Shown in pieces: positions 1 to 11,549 of a DNA stretch of 64,000 bases (position 1 is the stretch's first letter; each line of letters starts with the position of its first letter). The DNA lies in contig CAWGHO010000003.1 of NCBI GenBank assembly GCA_963822445.1, positions 1,376,001-1,440,000 of the forward strand, given 5' to 3'. Origin of the DNA: an uncultured Acidobacteriota bacterium. Its GTDB lineage: Bacteria; Acidobacteriota; Thermoanaerobaculia; Gp7-AA8. The notes beneath the pieces are model-generated. The model searched no databases. It saw nothing but the letters and a program-made list of their open reading frames with translations, and had not been told where the DNA came from. Made by a program: the position numbers and the translations under genes.

Positions 1-474
1 AAGCTGGGCCGCTTCCCGCGTCCGCTGCACTTCAAGGTCAGCTCGATGACGGAGCTGTTCGAGGAGTTCGGCAAGGTGCCGACGGCGGTGAAGTCGATGA
101 GCATCGTCTCGCTGCTCTTTCTCATCGTCTGCTCGCTGAACCTGGTCGGCCTCCTGCTCGGAAAGTTCCTGGCCCGCGTTCCCGAAGTCTCAGTTCGCCG
201 GGCCCTCGGCGCGAGCCGCTGGCAGGTCTTCGTGCAGCACGTCGTCGAATGTGAGCTCGTCGGAATCATCGGCGGCATCATCGGCCTCGTGCTGTCGCTC
301 GGGATCCTGGAGATGATCTCCAAGTTCCTCCCCAACGGCCACATCGTCGCCCTGGACATGGAGATGGTCGGCGTCTCGATCTTCCTCTCCCTCGTGGCCG
401 GCCTGCTGGCCGGCATTTACCCGTCGTGGCGCGTCTGCTCGATCGCGCCGGCAATGCAGCTCAAGGTTCAGTAG
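1..474 (+). CDS. MacB/FtsX-family ABC transporter permease, C-terminal part (5' end outside window)
   Basis: Open frame from base 1; 'EVSVRRALGASRWQV' FtsX motif plus TM helices and 'GIYPSWR' ending. Confidence 0.9.
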   Translation, partial: KLGRFPRPLHFKVSSMTELFEEFGKVPTAVKSMSIVSLLFLIVCSLNLVGLLLGKFLARVPEVSVRRALGASRWQVFVQHVVECELVGIIGGIIGLVLSLGILEMISKFLPNGHIVALDMEMVGVSIFLSLVAGLLAGIYPSWRVCSIAPAMQLKVQ

Positions 475-483
475 GAGACCGCC

Positions 484-1686
484 ATGCCCATCGGACCGAT
501 TCTTCGCTCCATGAAGCACAACCGCACGCGGTTCGCGCTCATCATTCTCGAGATCGCGATCACGCTGGCCATCGTCACGAACTGCGTGAACATGATCATG
601 GCCGAGCGCACGAAGATGCAGCAGAAGTCGGGCTTCGACGACGAGAACCTGCTGGCGGTGTCGCATGCACCGTTCGCGAAGGAGTTCGAGGACGACGGTT
701 TCAACGAAAACGTCGTGAACGCCGACCTCCGCGCGATCAAGGCCATGCCCGGCGTGAAGGCCGCGGCGGCCACGCGCTTCCTTCCGTGGCAGGGTGGCGG
801 CAGCTCGGGGATCTGGAAGACCGAGGGGTATTCGGACAAGTTCCAGGCGCAGCTTTATGCCGCTCGCGGGGGAGTGTTCGACGTGCTCGGCACGAAGATC
901 ACTCAAGGCCGCGACTTCACCGAGAACGACACGCCCGCCGATCCGAACGAATCGACGAAAGTCACGATCATCAGCCGCGCCCTGGCCAGGAAACTGTGGG
1001 GCGACGCGAATCCGATCGGCAAAGTGATCACCTCCGGCGATGGCGACACGCCGCGGCAGGTGATCGGCGTCATCGAAGAGTTCTTCAACCCGTACGCGTG
1101 GAACATCGGCGAGTACGTGCTGTTCACGCCGGGACGCTCGTACGGATCGTTCGGTGCGCGCTATCTGATCCGCACCGAGCCGGGCCAGATGAAGCAGGTC
1201 GCCTCGCAGATCGAAGCGCGCCTCCTCGGCGTGAACTCGGGCCGCGTCTTCCGCTCGCAGACCATCTCCGAGGTGAAGGATGGCTACTTCACCGCGGGCA
1301 AACTGATCATCCGCTCGATGACCGCCGTGATCGTGGTCCTGGTCTTCGTCACCGCGCTGGGCATCCTCGGCATCACGTCGCTGGCTGTGGCTGAGCGCAC
1401 GAAACAGATCGGCACTCGCCGCGCCCTCGGCGCGACAAAGGGAGACATCCTCAAACACTTCCTCACCGAAAACTGGATCGTCACCACCGCCGGCCTCCTC
1501 CTCGGCGTCGCCGCAACGTACGGCCTGAACTACTTCCTGGTCAGCCAGTTCACCGAGACGAAGATGCCCTGGTACCTGGTCGGAATCGGAATGGTCCTGC
1601 TCTGGCTCAACGGCCTGATCGCGACGATCCCGCCCGCGCTTCGCGCCGCGACCGTGTCGCCGGCGATCGCGACGAGATCTGTATAA
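484..1686 (+). CDS. MacB/FtsX-family ABC transporter permease
   Basis: SD (aggag), N-terminal TM, periplasmic domain, 'ERTKQIGTRRALGAT' motif, 3 C-terminal TMs. Confidence 0.92.
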   Translation: MPIGPILRSMKHNRTRFALIILEIAITLAIVTNCVNMIMAERTKMQQKSGFDDENLLAVSHAPFAKEFEDDGFNENVVNADLRAIKAMPGVKAAAATRFLPWQGGGSSGIWKTEGYSDKFQAQLYAARGGVFDVLGTKITQGRDFTENDTPADPNESTKVTIISRALARKLWGDANPIGKVITSGDGDTPRQVIGVIEEFFNPYAWNIGEYVLFTPGRSYGSFGARYLIRTEPGQMKQVASQIEARLLGVNSGRVFRSQTISEVKDGYFTAGKLIIRSMTAVIVVLVFVTALGILGITSLAVAERTKQIGTRRALGATKGDILKHFLTENWIVTTAGLLLGVAATYGLNYFLVSQFTETKMPWYLVGIGMVLLWLNGLIATIPPALRAATVSPAIATRSV

Positions 1687-1689
1687 ACC

Positions 1690-1766
1690 GGTTATCGGGT
1701 TGTCGAGTTGTCAGGTTGTCAGGTCGTTTTCACCCGACAACCCGATAACCTGACAACCCGACAACC
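1690..1766. repeat. Tandem 8-mer (GGTTGTCR) x4 + spacer + inverted copies x4
   Basis: ggttatcg ggttgtcg agttgtca ggttgtca ... cgacaacc cgataacc tgacaacc cgacaacc. Confidence 0.85.
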
Positions 1767-1771
1767 TACTT

Positions 1772-3090
<1,319 letters not shown>

Positions 3091-3091
<1 letters not shown>

Positions 3092-3174
3092 GTCGCAGAG
3101 TCTCAGAGTCGCAGAGTCTCGAAGAGGGCGTTTGCGAGATCTCTGAGACTTTGAGACTCTGCGACTTTGAGACT
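3091..3174. repeat. Tandem 8-mer (AGTCKCAG) x4 + spacer + inverted copies x4
   Basis: agtcgcag agtctcag agtcgcag agtctcga ... ctgagact ttgagact ctgcgact ttgagact. Confidence 0.85.
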
Positions 3175-4459
3175 CAGCACTCGCGCGGCATTGGCAATTC
3201 TCTTCAGCGTGGTCGTCGCGCTCGCGGCGGTGTTTCTCGCTTCCTTCTTCCTCCCTCCTTACGCGGCCTACGCCTTGGCATTGCTGGTGACCATCCCCTT
3301 GATCATCTGGGGGGCCATGCGCATCGATCATTACGTCACGCACGCGATGGCTGGTCTCGACGACGGCTTGCGCGCGTTCCGCGATTCCGACTTTGCGATG
3401 CGCCTCGCCGCGGAAGGCGTGGACGAGGTGTCGCATGTGAAGCGGGTCTACAACGACGTCGCCGACGTGCTGCGCACGCAACGCTCGGACATCTACCAGA
3501 AGGAACTGCTGCTCGACATGATTCTGCAGCGCACGCCGGTGGCCGTGCTGCTGATCAACGCAGCGGACCGCATCGTTTACTCGAACGCCGCCGCACGGGA
3601 GCTGTTCGCGACCGGCGCGCGACTGGATGGTCATCGCTTCACCGACATTGCGGACCGCGTTGCAGAACCGGTGCGCGAGGTTCTCGCGACGCGAGGCGAT
3701 GCGCTGGTCACGGTGCCGGGAGTCGATCAGGACGAGACCGTACACGTCACCCAGCGCACGTTCCGCATCAACACGCAGGAGCACCGGCTGGTCCTCGTCG
3801 AACGGCTGACCGCGGAGTTGCGCCGCCAGGAAGTGAGCATCTGGAAGAAAGCGATCCGGGTGCTCAATCACGAGTTGAACAACACCATCGCCCCGATCAG
3901 CTCACTCGTGCATTCGGCGAAGCTGGCCCAGGCCAACCCCGAACGGCACGACCGGCTCGAGGAGATCTACGAGACGATCGACGAGCGCCTGGCGTTCCTG
4001 CGGTCGTTCCTCGAGTCCTACGCGAAATTCGCGCGCCTTCCCGCGCCGCGAAAGGAGCAGACGGCATGGGAGGACGTGCTGGCGGACGTGCGCGCCATCT
4101 ACGACTTTCGCGTGGAAGGAGATCCGCGCGTGGAGTCGCTGATCGATCGCGCGCAGATGCAGCAGGTCCTGATCAACCTAGTCAAGAACGCACACGAATC
4201 AGGCAGCGATCCCGATGAAGTCGTCGTGGCCATTCAGCGCGTCCCCGATGGCACAGTCGTGCGCGTCTCCGACGCCGGCCCGGGAATGCCCGACGACGTC
4301 ATGCGCCAGGCCCTCCTCCCGTTCTACTCGACCAAAGCCGGCGGCTCCGGCGTCGGCCTCGCCCTCAGCAACGAGATCATCGAAGCGCATGGGGGACGGA
4401 TGCGGTTGCAACGACGGGAGACTGGGGGGACGGTTGTTACTTGTTGGTTGCCGGCCTAG
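3167..4459 (+). CDS. Membrane sensor histidine kinase (HAMP-PAS-HisKA-HATPase, NtrY-like)
   Basis: 2 TMs, H-box 'VLNHELNN', N-box 'QVLINLVKNA', 'DAGPG', 'PFYSTK', 'GSGVGL'; TTG start. Confidence 0.93.
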   Translation: MRLSTRAALAILFSVVVALAAVFLASFFLPPYAAYALALLVTIPLIIWGAMRIDHYVTHAMAGLDDGLRAFRDSDFAMRLAAEGVDEVSHVKRVYNDVADVLRTQRSDIYQKELLLDMILQRTPVAVLLINAADRIVYSNAAARELFATGARLDGHRFTDIADRVAEPVREVLATRGDALVTVPGVDQDETVHVTQRTFRINTQEHRLVLVERLTAELRRQEVSIWKKAIRVLNHELNNTIAPISSLVHSAKLAQANPERHDRLEEIYETIDERLAFLRSFLESYAKFARLPAPRKEQTAWEDVLADVRAIYDFRVEGDPRVESLIDRAQMQQVLINLVKNAHESGSDPDEVVVAIQRVPDGTVVRVSDAGPGMPDDVMRQALLPFYSTKAGGSGVGLALSNEIIEAHGGRMRLQRRETGGTVVTCWLPA

Positions 4460-5430
4460 CCGAAGACGTCGCGTCGCGTGAACAACGTATACGCCACGAC
4501 TAACGCCCCCACCGCCCACGCGCCGAGAAGTCCGATACAAAATGTCATCGACATTCCTTCGTACGGCGTGGCCTGGCCGGTGTAGTAATCGGCGAGGGGC
4601 AGGGCGCTGACGAAGAGGTATTTGCCGGCGGTCCAGTCGGGGCTGACGCGGGTGAGGATCGTGCCGCCGATCAGGGAGGCGAGCATCGTTCCGATCGATG
4701 CCGCGGATGACTTAAAGATCACCGACAGCATCAATGCGATCGAGGCCACGGTCAGCAGGGCGTACCACTCCAGGCCGTAGGCGAGGAGCATGTCGTGCCA
4801 GAGCGGGAGCTGGCGGATCGAATCGACCTTGAAGTTGTCGCCGCTGAATTGGAAGCCGTTGAAGGTCGGCGCGTCCCATCCGCCGGGTGGCAAAACCGGT
4901 GCGGTCACCGCGTACGAAACCAGCGCTCCGACGAGCAACGTCAATGACGCGAAGAGCCAGAGCGTCACCAGCTTCGCGCTGAGGATCTTCCAACGCCGCA
5001 CGGGGCGGGTCAGCAAGAGCTTGTCGGTGCCCTCCGCGTTTTCTGCCGAGACGATGTCGCTGCCGAGGACGGCGACGAGGAGGGGGAGGAGGAGGAAGCC
5101 GGCGGCGTTCGCGAACGTGCGCACGACCAGCGGTGCAGTCGGCTGCTCGGGATTGATGCCGCGATCGAGATAGAACTGCAGGCGCCGCACTTCGGCGCGC
5201 ATCGAGCGCAGCCACGATTCATTCATCCGCCCGCGGCGCATCCGGTTCTCGTAGCGCGCGATCCGCTCCTGCAGCTCCGCGCGCCAGTTCGCATTGCGCA
5301 GCTCGCGAAGCTGGCGGTACTGCGAGTAGGAGACGAGGGTGAGGATCACGAACATGATCCCCACCACGATCGCGAATCTCTTGCGACGCAGGAGCTTCAG
5401 CGTTTCGTTGCGGATGAGGGCGAGGAACAC
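4456..5430 (-). CDS. ABC-2 type transporter permease
   Basis: 'NETLKL' start, 'SDIVSAENAEGTDKLLLTRPVRRWKILSAK' motif, multiple TMs, 'FTRRDV' end. Confidence 0.9.
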   Translation of the reverse strand: MFLALIRNETLKLLRRKRFAIVVGIMFVILTLVSYSQYRQLRELRNANWRAELQERIARYENRMRRGRMNESWLRSMRAEVRRLQFYLDRGINPEQPTAPLVVRTFANAAGFLLLPLLVAVLGSDIVSAENAEGTDKLLLTRPVRRWKILSAKLVTLWLFASLTLLVGALVSYAVTAPVLPPGGWDAPTFNGFQFSGDNFKVDSIRQLPLWHDMLLAYGLEWYALLTVASIALMLSVIFKSSAASIGTMLASLIGGTILTRVSPDWTAGKYLFVSALPLADYYTGQATPYEGMSMTFCIGLLGAWAVGALVVAYTLFTRRDVFG

Positions 5431-5435
5431 GATCG

Positions 5436-5912
5436 TTATTTCGGCGCGTCGTGCCAGTGGCCGTGCTCGGGCGACCAGACCTTGCCCGGAGGAACCTCGC
5501 CGGGAGGCTGGGGCACGGCTCTTCGGTTGACCTGTACGTTGGTCGCCGGCTTCGTGCCCGGTGCGGCGCCCGGCGTGACCTGCACCGGCGCGGCGCCGCC
5601 GGCGGCAGGCACGTCATGCCAGTGCCCATGCTCGACCGACCAGACTTTGCCGGGAGGAGCGGGACCGGGCTGCGGTTTTCCGGGTTGCATCGGCGCGGAC
5701 GCGGGGGCCGCGGCGTTGGTACGCGCGCGCGTCGCCGAACCGTCGTCGCGACCGGTGATTGAGCCGATGATGCCGACCGCGGCGATGATGCCGATCGCGG
5801 CGAGCAGGGCGATCAACCCTTTCGACACTCCGCGCTGGGATTTCCCCGCGCAGCAGTTCTTGTACTTGAGATTGCTTCCACAGGGGCAGGGCTCGTTTCT
5901 TCCGATGGCCAT
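5436..5912 (-). CDS. SEC-C zinc-motif membrane protein with two PPGKVWSxEHGHWHD repeats
   Basis: N-terminal 'GRNEPCPCGSNLKYKNCC', one TM, Pro-rich region with duplicated His/Trp motif. Confidence 0.85.
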   Translation of the reverse strand: MAIGRNEPCPCGSNLKYKNCCAGKSQRGVSKGLIALLAAIGIIAAVGIIGSITGRDDGSATRARTNAAAPASAPMQPGKPQPGPAPPGKVWSVEHGHWHDVPAAGGAAPVQVTPGAAPGTKPATNVQVNRRAVPQPPGEVPPGKVWSPEHGHWHDAPK

Positions 5913-5921
5913 TGCCGATCC

Positions 5922-6422
5922 TTATAGCCGCAACGCCATTCGATGTTCAACGACGCTCTGGTTACCTTCGCGCAACGCATCGGGCTCCGTGCCCCAGACC
6001 TGGAAGCCCGCGCGCTCGTAAAGCCGCCGCGCGGCCGGGGCGGCGGAGGTGACGCCGAGGAAGACCCATTCGATGCCTTCCGTCGCGCGGCAATGATCGA
6101 GTGCGGCCTGCAGAAGTGCCGCGGCGACGCCGCGCCCGCGCGCGGACGGCGTGACGTACATGCCCCAGAGATGCATCTTGTGCGCGGCCTTGACGTGGCG
6201 GTCGCGAATGAGGCCGACCGTGCCGACTAGCCGGTCTTCGAACGCGCCAAAGATCATCCAGTCCGGCGCCTTCTTCAACTGCACGCTCAGGTCCTTCACC
6301 GACGACGCGAAGTCGTCGTCCGGCGACGCCGCGAACGCGAGCGGCGCATCGAGCAGCGCTTCGCGCCGGATGGCGACGTACGTGGGAAGGTCGTCGTCGG
6401 TGAGCGCGCGAATCATGGTCAT
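5922..6422 (-). CDS. GNAT family N-acetyltransferase
   Basis: Start MTMIRAL at ATGA overlap with upstream gene; 'MYVTPSARGRGVA' motif A and 'AARRLYERAGF'. Confidence 0.9.
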   Translation of the reverse strand: MTMIRALTDDDLPTYVAIRREALLDAPLAFAASPDDDFASSVKDLSVQLKKAPDWMIFGAFEDRLVGTVGLIRDRHVKAAHKMHLWGMYVTPSARGRGVAAALLQAALDHCRATEGIEWVFLGVTSAAPAARRLYERAGFQVWGTEPDALREGNQSVVEHRMALRL

Positions 6423-6933
6423 GCGGGCGAAGTCTCCGCAACGAAGCGCCGGCAGAGCGGAACCATCAGCTTCTGGAGCAGCAGCGTGTAAGGAATGAAC
6501 ATCGTCGCGACGACCACGCCGGAAACCAGCATGAGCTTCAGCGGATCGGGTTTGTATCCGAGGAGCTGGGCGCCGGCTTGCGCCAGCGGATACCACGATC
6601 CGAAAAACAGCAGCAGCCCGAACCAGATCCCGTTCCTGCCGAGAGCGTGGCGGAAGAGACCGGGATAGAGGATGGCGATGCCGCCACCCATCGCCGCGAA
6701 GACGAGCACGACTTCGATCGAGCCGCTGACGCTGATCCGCGGCGGCGCACTGGCGAAGAAGGCGACGACGCGCATAGCCATGCGCGCGGCGAGGCCCAAC
6801 CAGAGGCCGGCGAGCAACCCCGCGAGCGCCGCGGCCGGGATCTCGTACAACACGCGCACGCTCTCGCCGCGCTTGATCGCGATGGTGTAACGGATGGCGG
6901 TGACGGCGATTGCCGCGGCGAGGGTGTAGGCCA

Positions 6934-6934
<1 letters not shown>
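6419..6934 (-). CDS. Hypothetical multi-TM membrane protein
   Basis: Hydrophobic 171-aa ORF coupled by TGATG and ATGA overlaps to both neighbours. Confidence 0.7.
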
Positions 6935-7839
<905 letters not shown>

Positions 7840-7847
7840 ACGTCGTT

Positions 7848-7962
7848 CTTCAGTTTATCCCGCGCGTAGACGCGGGATCTCTTCGTGCACCGGCAGCAAA
7901 CGGGCCATGGTCCTCGTTCGTGCACCGGGAGATCCCGCGTCTTCGCGCGGGATAAACTGAAG
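7848..7962. repeat. 34-bp inverted repeat (1 mismatch) filling a divergent intergenic gap
   Basis: cttcagtttatcccgcgcgtagacgcgggatctc (7848-7881) vs gagatcccgcgtcttcgcgcgggataaactgaag (7929-7962). Confidence 0.85.
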
Positions 7963-7969
7963 CGCGATC

Positions 7970-8719
7970 ATGCGCCGGTTCCTGTTCTGGTATCTCCCGG
8001 TCTTCGCCTCCGTACTCGCCGCGTCGGTATTCGCGTACGGCTTTGCCGCTTATCTGCGCGGCGACACCGGCGAGCCGGTCGAGGTCGTGCGTCCGTCAGC
8101 GGTCGCGCCGACTCCCATCGCGCCGCAGAAACTGATCGCCCCGATCATCCTCGGCGACTCGCTCGCGCGCGGCGCGGGCGATGAGAAAGGGATGGGCATC
8201 GCCGGCCGGCTCGATCAGGAGCTGAAACGCCGCGGGGTCCGCGCGCGGCGCACGTTCAACATCGGCATCAACGGCGCGCGCACGGCAGATCTGCTCCGTC
8301 AGATCGAAGCGGCGAACGTGCAGGAGCTCCTTCGGCAGTCGAACGTGATTGTGATCTCCATCGGCGGCAACGATCTATGGGGCGGCGCCGACTGGCGCTC
8401 CGCACCGCCGAGCGATCCGGAAAAGGCGATGAGGGACGTGCTCGATCGCATCGCCACGGTCGTCGAGAAGGTGCGCGTTGCGAATCCCGGTGCGCGGATT
8501 TTCTTCGTGGGGTTGTACAGCCCGATGGGGAAGATGCTCTCGCCGTACGTGACGCGCTGGAACGCGCAGATGCTGGAGCGATTCGGGAGCGATGCTGATT
8601 TCACGCTCGTGCAGACGGCGGATTTGTTTTCGCACCGGGACAGGCTGTCGCTGGACCGGTTTCATCCGAGTGGGGAAGGGTACGAGTTGATCGCGCGGCG
8701 GATCGCCGACGCGTTGTAG
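7970..8719 (+). CDS. SGNH/GDSL hydrolase, membrane anchored
   Basis: 'LGDSL', 'ISIGGND', 'DRFHP' blocks; N-terminal TM. Confidence 0.92.
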   Translation: MRRFLFWYLPVFASVLAASVFAYGFAAYLRGDTGEPVEVVRPSAVAPTPIAPQKLIAPIILGDSLARGAGDEKGMGIAGRLDQELKRRGVRARRTFNIGINGARTADLLRQIEAANVQELLRQSNVIVISIGGNDLWGGADWRSAPPSDPEKAMRDVLDRIATVVEKVRVANPGARIFFVGLYSPMGKMLSPYVTRWNAQMLERFGSDADFTLVQTADLFSHRDRLSLDRFHPSGEGYELIARRIADAL

Positions 8720-8725
8720 GTCCGT

Positions 8726-8813
8726 TCTGGACTGCGGTGGCAAAGCCACCGCTCTTACTTGCCGCGGCTTAGCCGCGGCGTTGAGAGCGGCAGCTCTGCT
8801 GCCGCAGTCCAGA
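8726..8813. repeat. REP-like palindrome cluster (TGGA(C/G)TGCGG family)
   Basis: tctggactgcggtggcaaagccaccgct ... agcggcagctctgctgccgcagtccaga; relatives at 15467, 26430, 41061, 50678. Confidence 0.8.
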
Positions 8814-8817
8814 GTTG

Positions 8818-11232
8818 CTACCGCGTGCTGCGCCGTTTCGGACCTAGCGGCACCAGCTCCGCCCGCCACACCCCCCGCCCGTGCGTGAACGCGTAGACCG
8901 CGGGGCCGCGAGAGCCGTTCGCGACCAGCACGGTCTCCGTGACCGCCGGTGCGAAGCCGGTGTTCTCGACGGCCCAGGTCAGGCCGGCGTCGAGGGAGAC
9001 GAAGACGCCGAGGTCGGTGCCGAGGTAGAGGCGCTCGCGGCGAGTTGGATCGACGGCCAGCGAATGCACGGGCATGTCCGGCAGATTGCCGCTGCGCGGA
9101 GACCAGGTCTTGCCGCCGTCGATCGAGCGCCAGACGTGATCGCCGCCGAATCCCGCGTACGTCGCGTAGACCACGTTCGCGTCGACCGGATCGAACGTTA
9201 CCGACGTCACGAATCCAGCGCGCGGCAGGGTCGAGCTCCATTGCGAGTCGATGGTGGTTGTCGTCGCTACGTCGGAGCGGACGATGTGGCCGGTGTGCGT
9301 GCCGACGACGACCCGGTCCGACATCCCCGGTGCCACGGCCAGGGCGGAAACGCGCCCGGGCAGCATCGCGCTGGCCCGCTTCCAGAGCATCGCGCTGTTG
9401 TCCGTCCGCCACATCGACAAGCCGCCGGTCCAGAGCCGTTCGCGCTTGTTCGGATCGAGGATGAACACCGTTACGAAGAGGAAGGAGTCGCTCAGGCCCG
9501 TCGTCGCCGGGCGGAAATCGATCACGCCGGGGCCGCTCTTCAGAATGTTGCCCACCTGGCTCGACGCGTAAATGATCGTCTCGTCGACCGGATCGATCGC
9601 GACGTAGCAACCGTCGCCGCCGGCGATGCGCTGCCAGCCGTCGATGCCGTCGGTGGTGTTGCCCATGATCGTGCCGTTGTCCTGCGTGCCGCCGAGGAAG
9701 CGGCGGCCATCGCTGAAAACGGCACCGTGGTAGAACTGGGTCACGCCGTAGTTGCGATTCAGAGGCTCGAACACCAGCGAGGAGAGCTTCGGATCGCACA
9801 CCGCGCGATCGCCGGACGCGGTTGCAGCTCGCGCGTTGTTGGTGCGGAAGACCCCGCCGTCGTTGGCGACGAACATCGTCGCGTTTCCCACGCCGTCGTA
9901 TTGGGGATGGAACACGATCCGATGCTGGTCCGCGTGTACGAACGCCTTCTCGCTCTCCTCGGTCCACCAGTACGTCGCCGGACCCCAGGTTTGTCCGCCG
10001 TCATCGGAGCGGAAGAGATCGACGCCGCCGGCCCAGACCCGGTTCGGATCTTTCGGATCGACGGCGATGACGTTGCAATACCAGCCCATGTTGATGAACT
10101 GGTCCTTCGAGCTGACGCCGTTGCACTTGCGCAGCTGTCCGTAGATGGGATTGGCGAGGATGAGCGTCGCCGCATCCTGGTTGCCGGCGTCGTTCGTCAA
10201 CACCGGCTTCCACGATCCCGGCGCACCGGCTTCGTCGGAGCGAAAGACGCCGAGGAGGCCCTGCTGGTAGCTGCCGGTCTCGTTGCTTGCCGAAAGTGCG
10301 TAGATGACCGACTGATTCGAAGGAGCGACGGCCAGCGACGTGCGGCCCATGTTCGTTTCCGAAAGAACGCCGGTCCATGCATCGTCGCTGTTCGCGTTCG
10401 TGGTCCGGTAAACCGTCGCCTGTTCGAACGTGCCGCAGGACGCGAACAGGAAGTCGTCGCTGGTGTCGGTGCGCAACGCGAGATCGAGACAGCCGCCCAT
10501 CACCGTCGTGGTGACGACGCGCGTCCACGTTGCGCCGGCGTCGCGTGAGCGCCACACGCCGGTGCGCGTGGCCGCGTAGAGACGTGAGGAGTCATGCGGG
10601 CTGATGACGACGTCGTTCACCCAATGGAAGTTGTCGTTCGCCGTGGAGAGGAGCTGGCTCCAGGTCTCGCCGGCATCGCGCGTGACGTAGATGCCGTAGC
10701 CGCGCAGCGGCAGTCCGGTGCCGCGCACTTCTTCGCGGTAGTAACCCTCTCCGGTGCCGGCGTAGATGGTCTTGCGATCTTTGGGATCCATGACCAGCAC
10801 GTTCACCGCGAGATTGGTCAGCTCATCGCCGATCGCCCGCCAGCCTTCGCCGCCGGTCTCGCTCTTCCAGACGCCGCCGGAGACACCCGCGGCGTAAGCG
10901 AACCGCGGCTCGACCGGATCGAAGACCAGGGCGCGGGTTCGTCCGCCGATGTTGCCCGGTCCGAGGGGGACCCAGCGATCGAACGGGCGGCCGTCATCGA
11001 AGTCGTTCGACCCGATCCGTCCGCCGGCCAGGCGATCGCTGGCCGTCGAGTAGCGGGGCATGCGCTTCATCGCTTCGCGGGCGACGGCGTAGTCGCGATG
11101 GGGATCGTCGCTGCCCGCCCGGAGCATGGCGTGATACTCCGCGGCTGCGCCCGGCTCGTCGTTGCGCAACGGCGCGACAGACGAGCTACAGGCAAGGGTC
11201 AGAAGAATGAGGGGAAGTAGGAGCCGGGGCAT
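8818..11232 (-). CDS. Exported BNR/Asp-box beta-propeller (sortilin/GH74-like) protein, probable lipoprotein
   Basis: Start MPRLLLPLILLTLACSS (lipobox-like); 'GPGNIGGRTRAL', multiple SxDxGxTW repeats, 'HADQH', 'GGTQDNG'. Confidence 0.85.
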   Translation of the reverse strand: MPRLLLPLILLTLACSSSVAPLRNDEPGAAAEYHAMLRAGSDDPHRDYAVAREAMKRMPRYSTASDRLAGGRIGSNDFDDGRPFDRWVPLGPGNIGGRTRALVFDPVEPRFAYAAGVSGGVWKSETGGEGWRAIGDELTNLAVNVLVMDPKDRKTIYAGTGEGYYREEVRGTGLPLRGYGIYVTRDAGETWSQLLSTANDNFHWVNDVVISPHDSSRLYAATRTGVWRSRDAGATWTRVVTTTVMGGCLDLALRTDTSDDFLFASCGTFEQATVYRTTNANSDDAWTGVLSETNMGRTSLAVAPSNQSVIYALSASNETGSYQQGLLGVFRSDEAGAPGSWKPVLTNDAGNQDAATLILANPIYGQLRKCNGVSSKDQFINMGWYCNVIAVDPKDPNRVWAGGVDLFRSDDGGQTWGPATYWWTEESEKAFVHADQHRIVFHPQYDGVGNATMFVANDGGVFRTNNARAATASGDRAVCDPKLSSLVFEPLNRNYGVTQFYHGAVFSDGRRFLGGTQDNGTIMGNTTDGIDGWQRIAGGDGCYVAIDPVDETIIYASSQVGNILKSGPGVIDFRPATTGLSDSFLFVTVFILDPNKRERLWTGGLSMWRTDNSAMLWKRASAMLPGRVSALAVAPGMSDRVVVGTHTGHIVRSDVATTTTIDSQWSSTLPRAGFVTSVTFDPVDANVVYATYAGFGGDHVWRSIDGGKTWSPRSGNLPDMPVHSLAVDPTRRERLYLGTDLGVFVSLDAGLTWAVENTGFAPAVTETVLVANGSRGPAVYAFTHGRGVWRAELVPLGPKRRSTR

Positions 11233-11270
11233 GTTGGGTAATCTTACGGTTCGGATGAGGAGGGAAGCTG

Positions 11271-11489
11271 ATGCAACTCGGTAAAGATTCCTGCGCCTGC
11301 GGTCACGCGCTCGATCACCACGACGGCGGACGGGGCGGACCGTGCACTTACTGCGCATGCGCCGCGGGCGAGCCTCCCACGGCGTTTCAGGTGGGGATGA
11401 TCCACTCGCTGCACGAGATCACCCTGACGCTGGTGAGGCTGGTGAAGGAGATTCAGGGGCAGCGCGGCGGGACTCCGCCGGCGCAGTGA
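11271..11489 (+). CDS. Small Cys/His putative metal-binding protein (72 aa)
   Basis: Strong SD (gaggaggg); motif CxCGHx4Hx7CxxCxC followed by an amphipathic helix. Confidence 0.65.
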   Translation: MQLGKDSCACGHALDHHDGGRGGPCTYCACAAGEPPTAFQVGMIHSLHEITLTLVRLVKEIQGQRGGTPPAQ

Positions 11490-11548
11490 CGAGGTATGAG
11501 GTACGAGGTACGAGTGTTTTTAACTCGTACCTCGTACCTCGTTGCTCG
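11490..11548. repeat. Tandem 7-mer (GAGGTAC) x3 + inverted copies, between convergent genes
   Basis: gaggtat gaggtac gaggtac gagt ... actc gtacctc gtacctc gttgctc. Confidence 0.8.
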
Positions 11549-11549
11549 C

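Noticed and set aside
5436-5912. SEC-C motif as secA
   Set aside because: Only the ~20-aa zinc knuckle is present; no SecA motor domains.
7848-7962. Invertible promoter switch
   Set aside because: No recombinase in the window and no evidence of two orientations; kept only as an inverted repeat.
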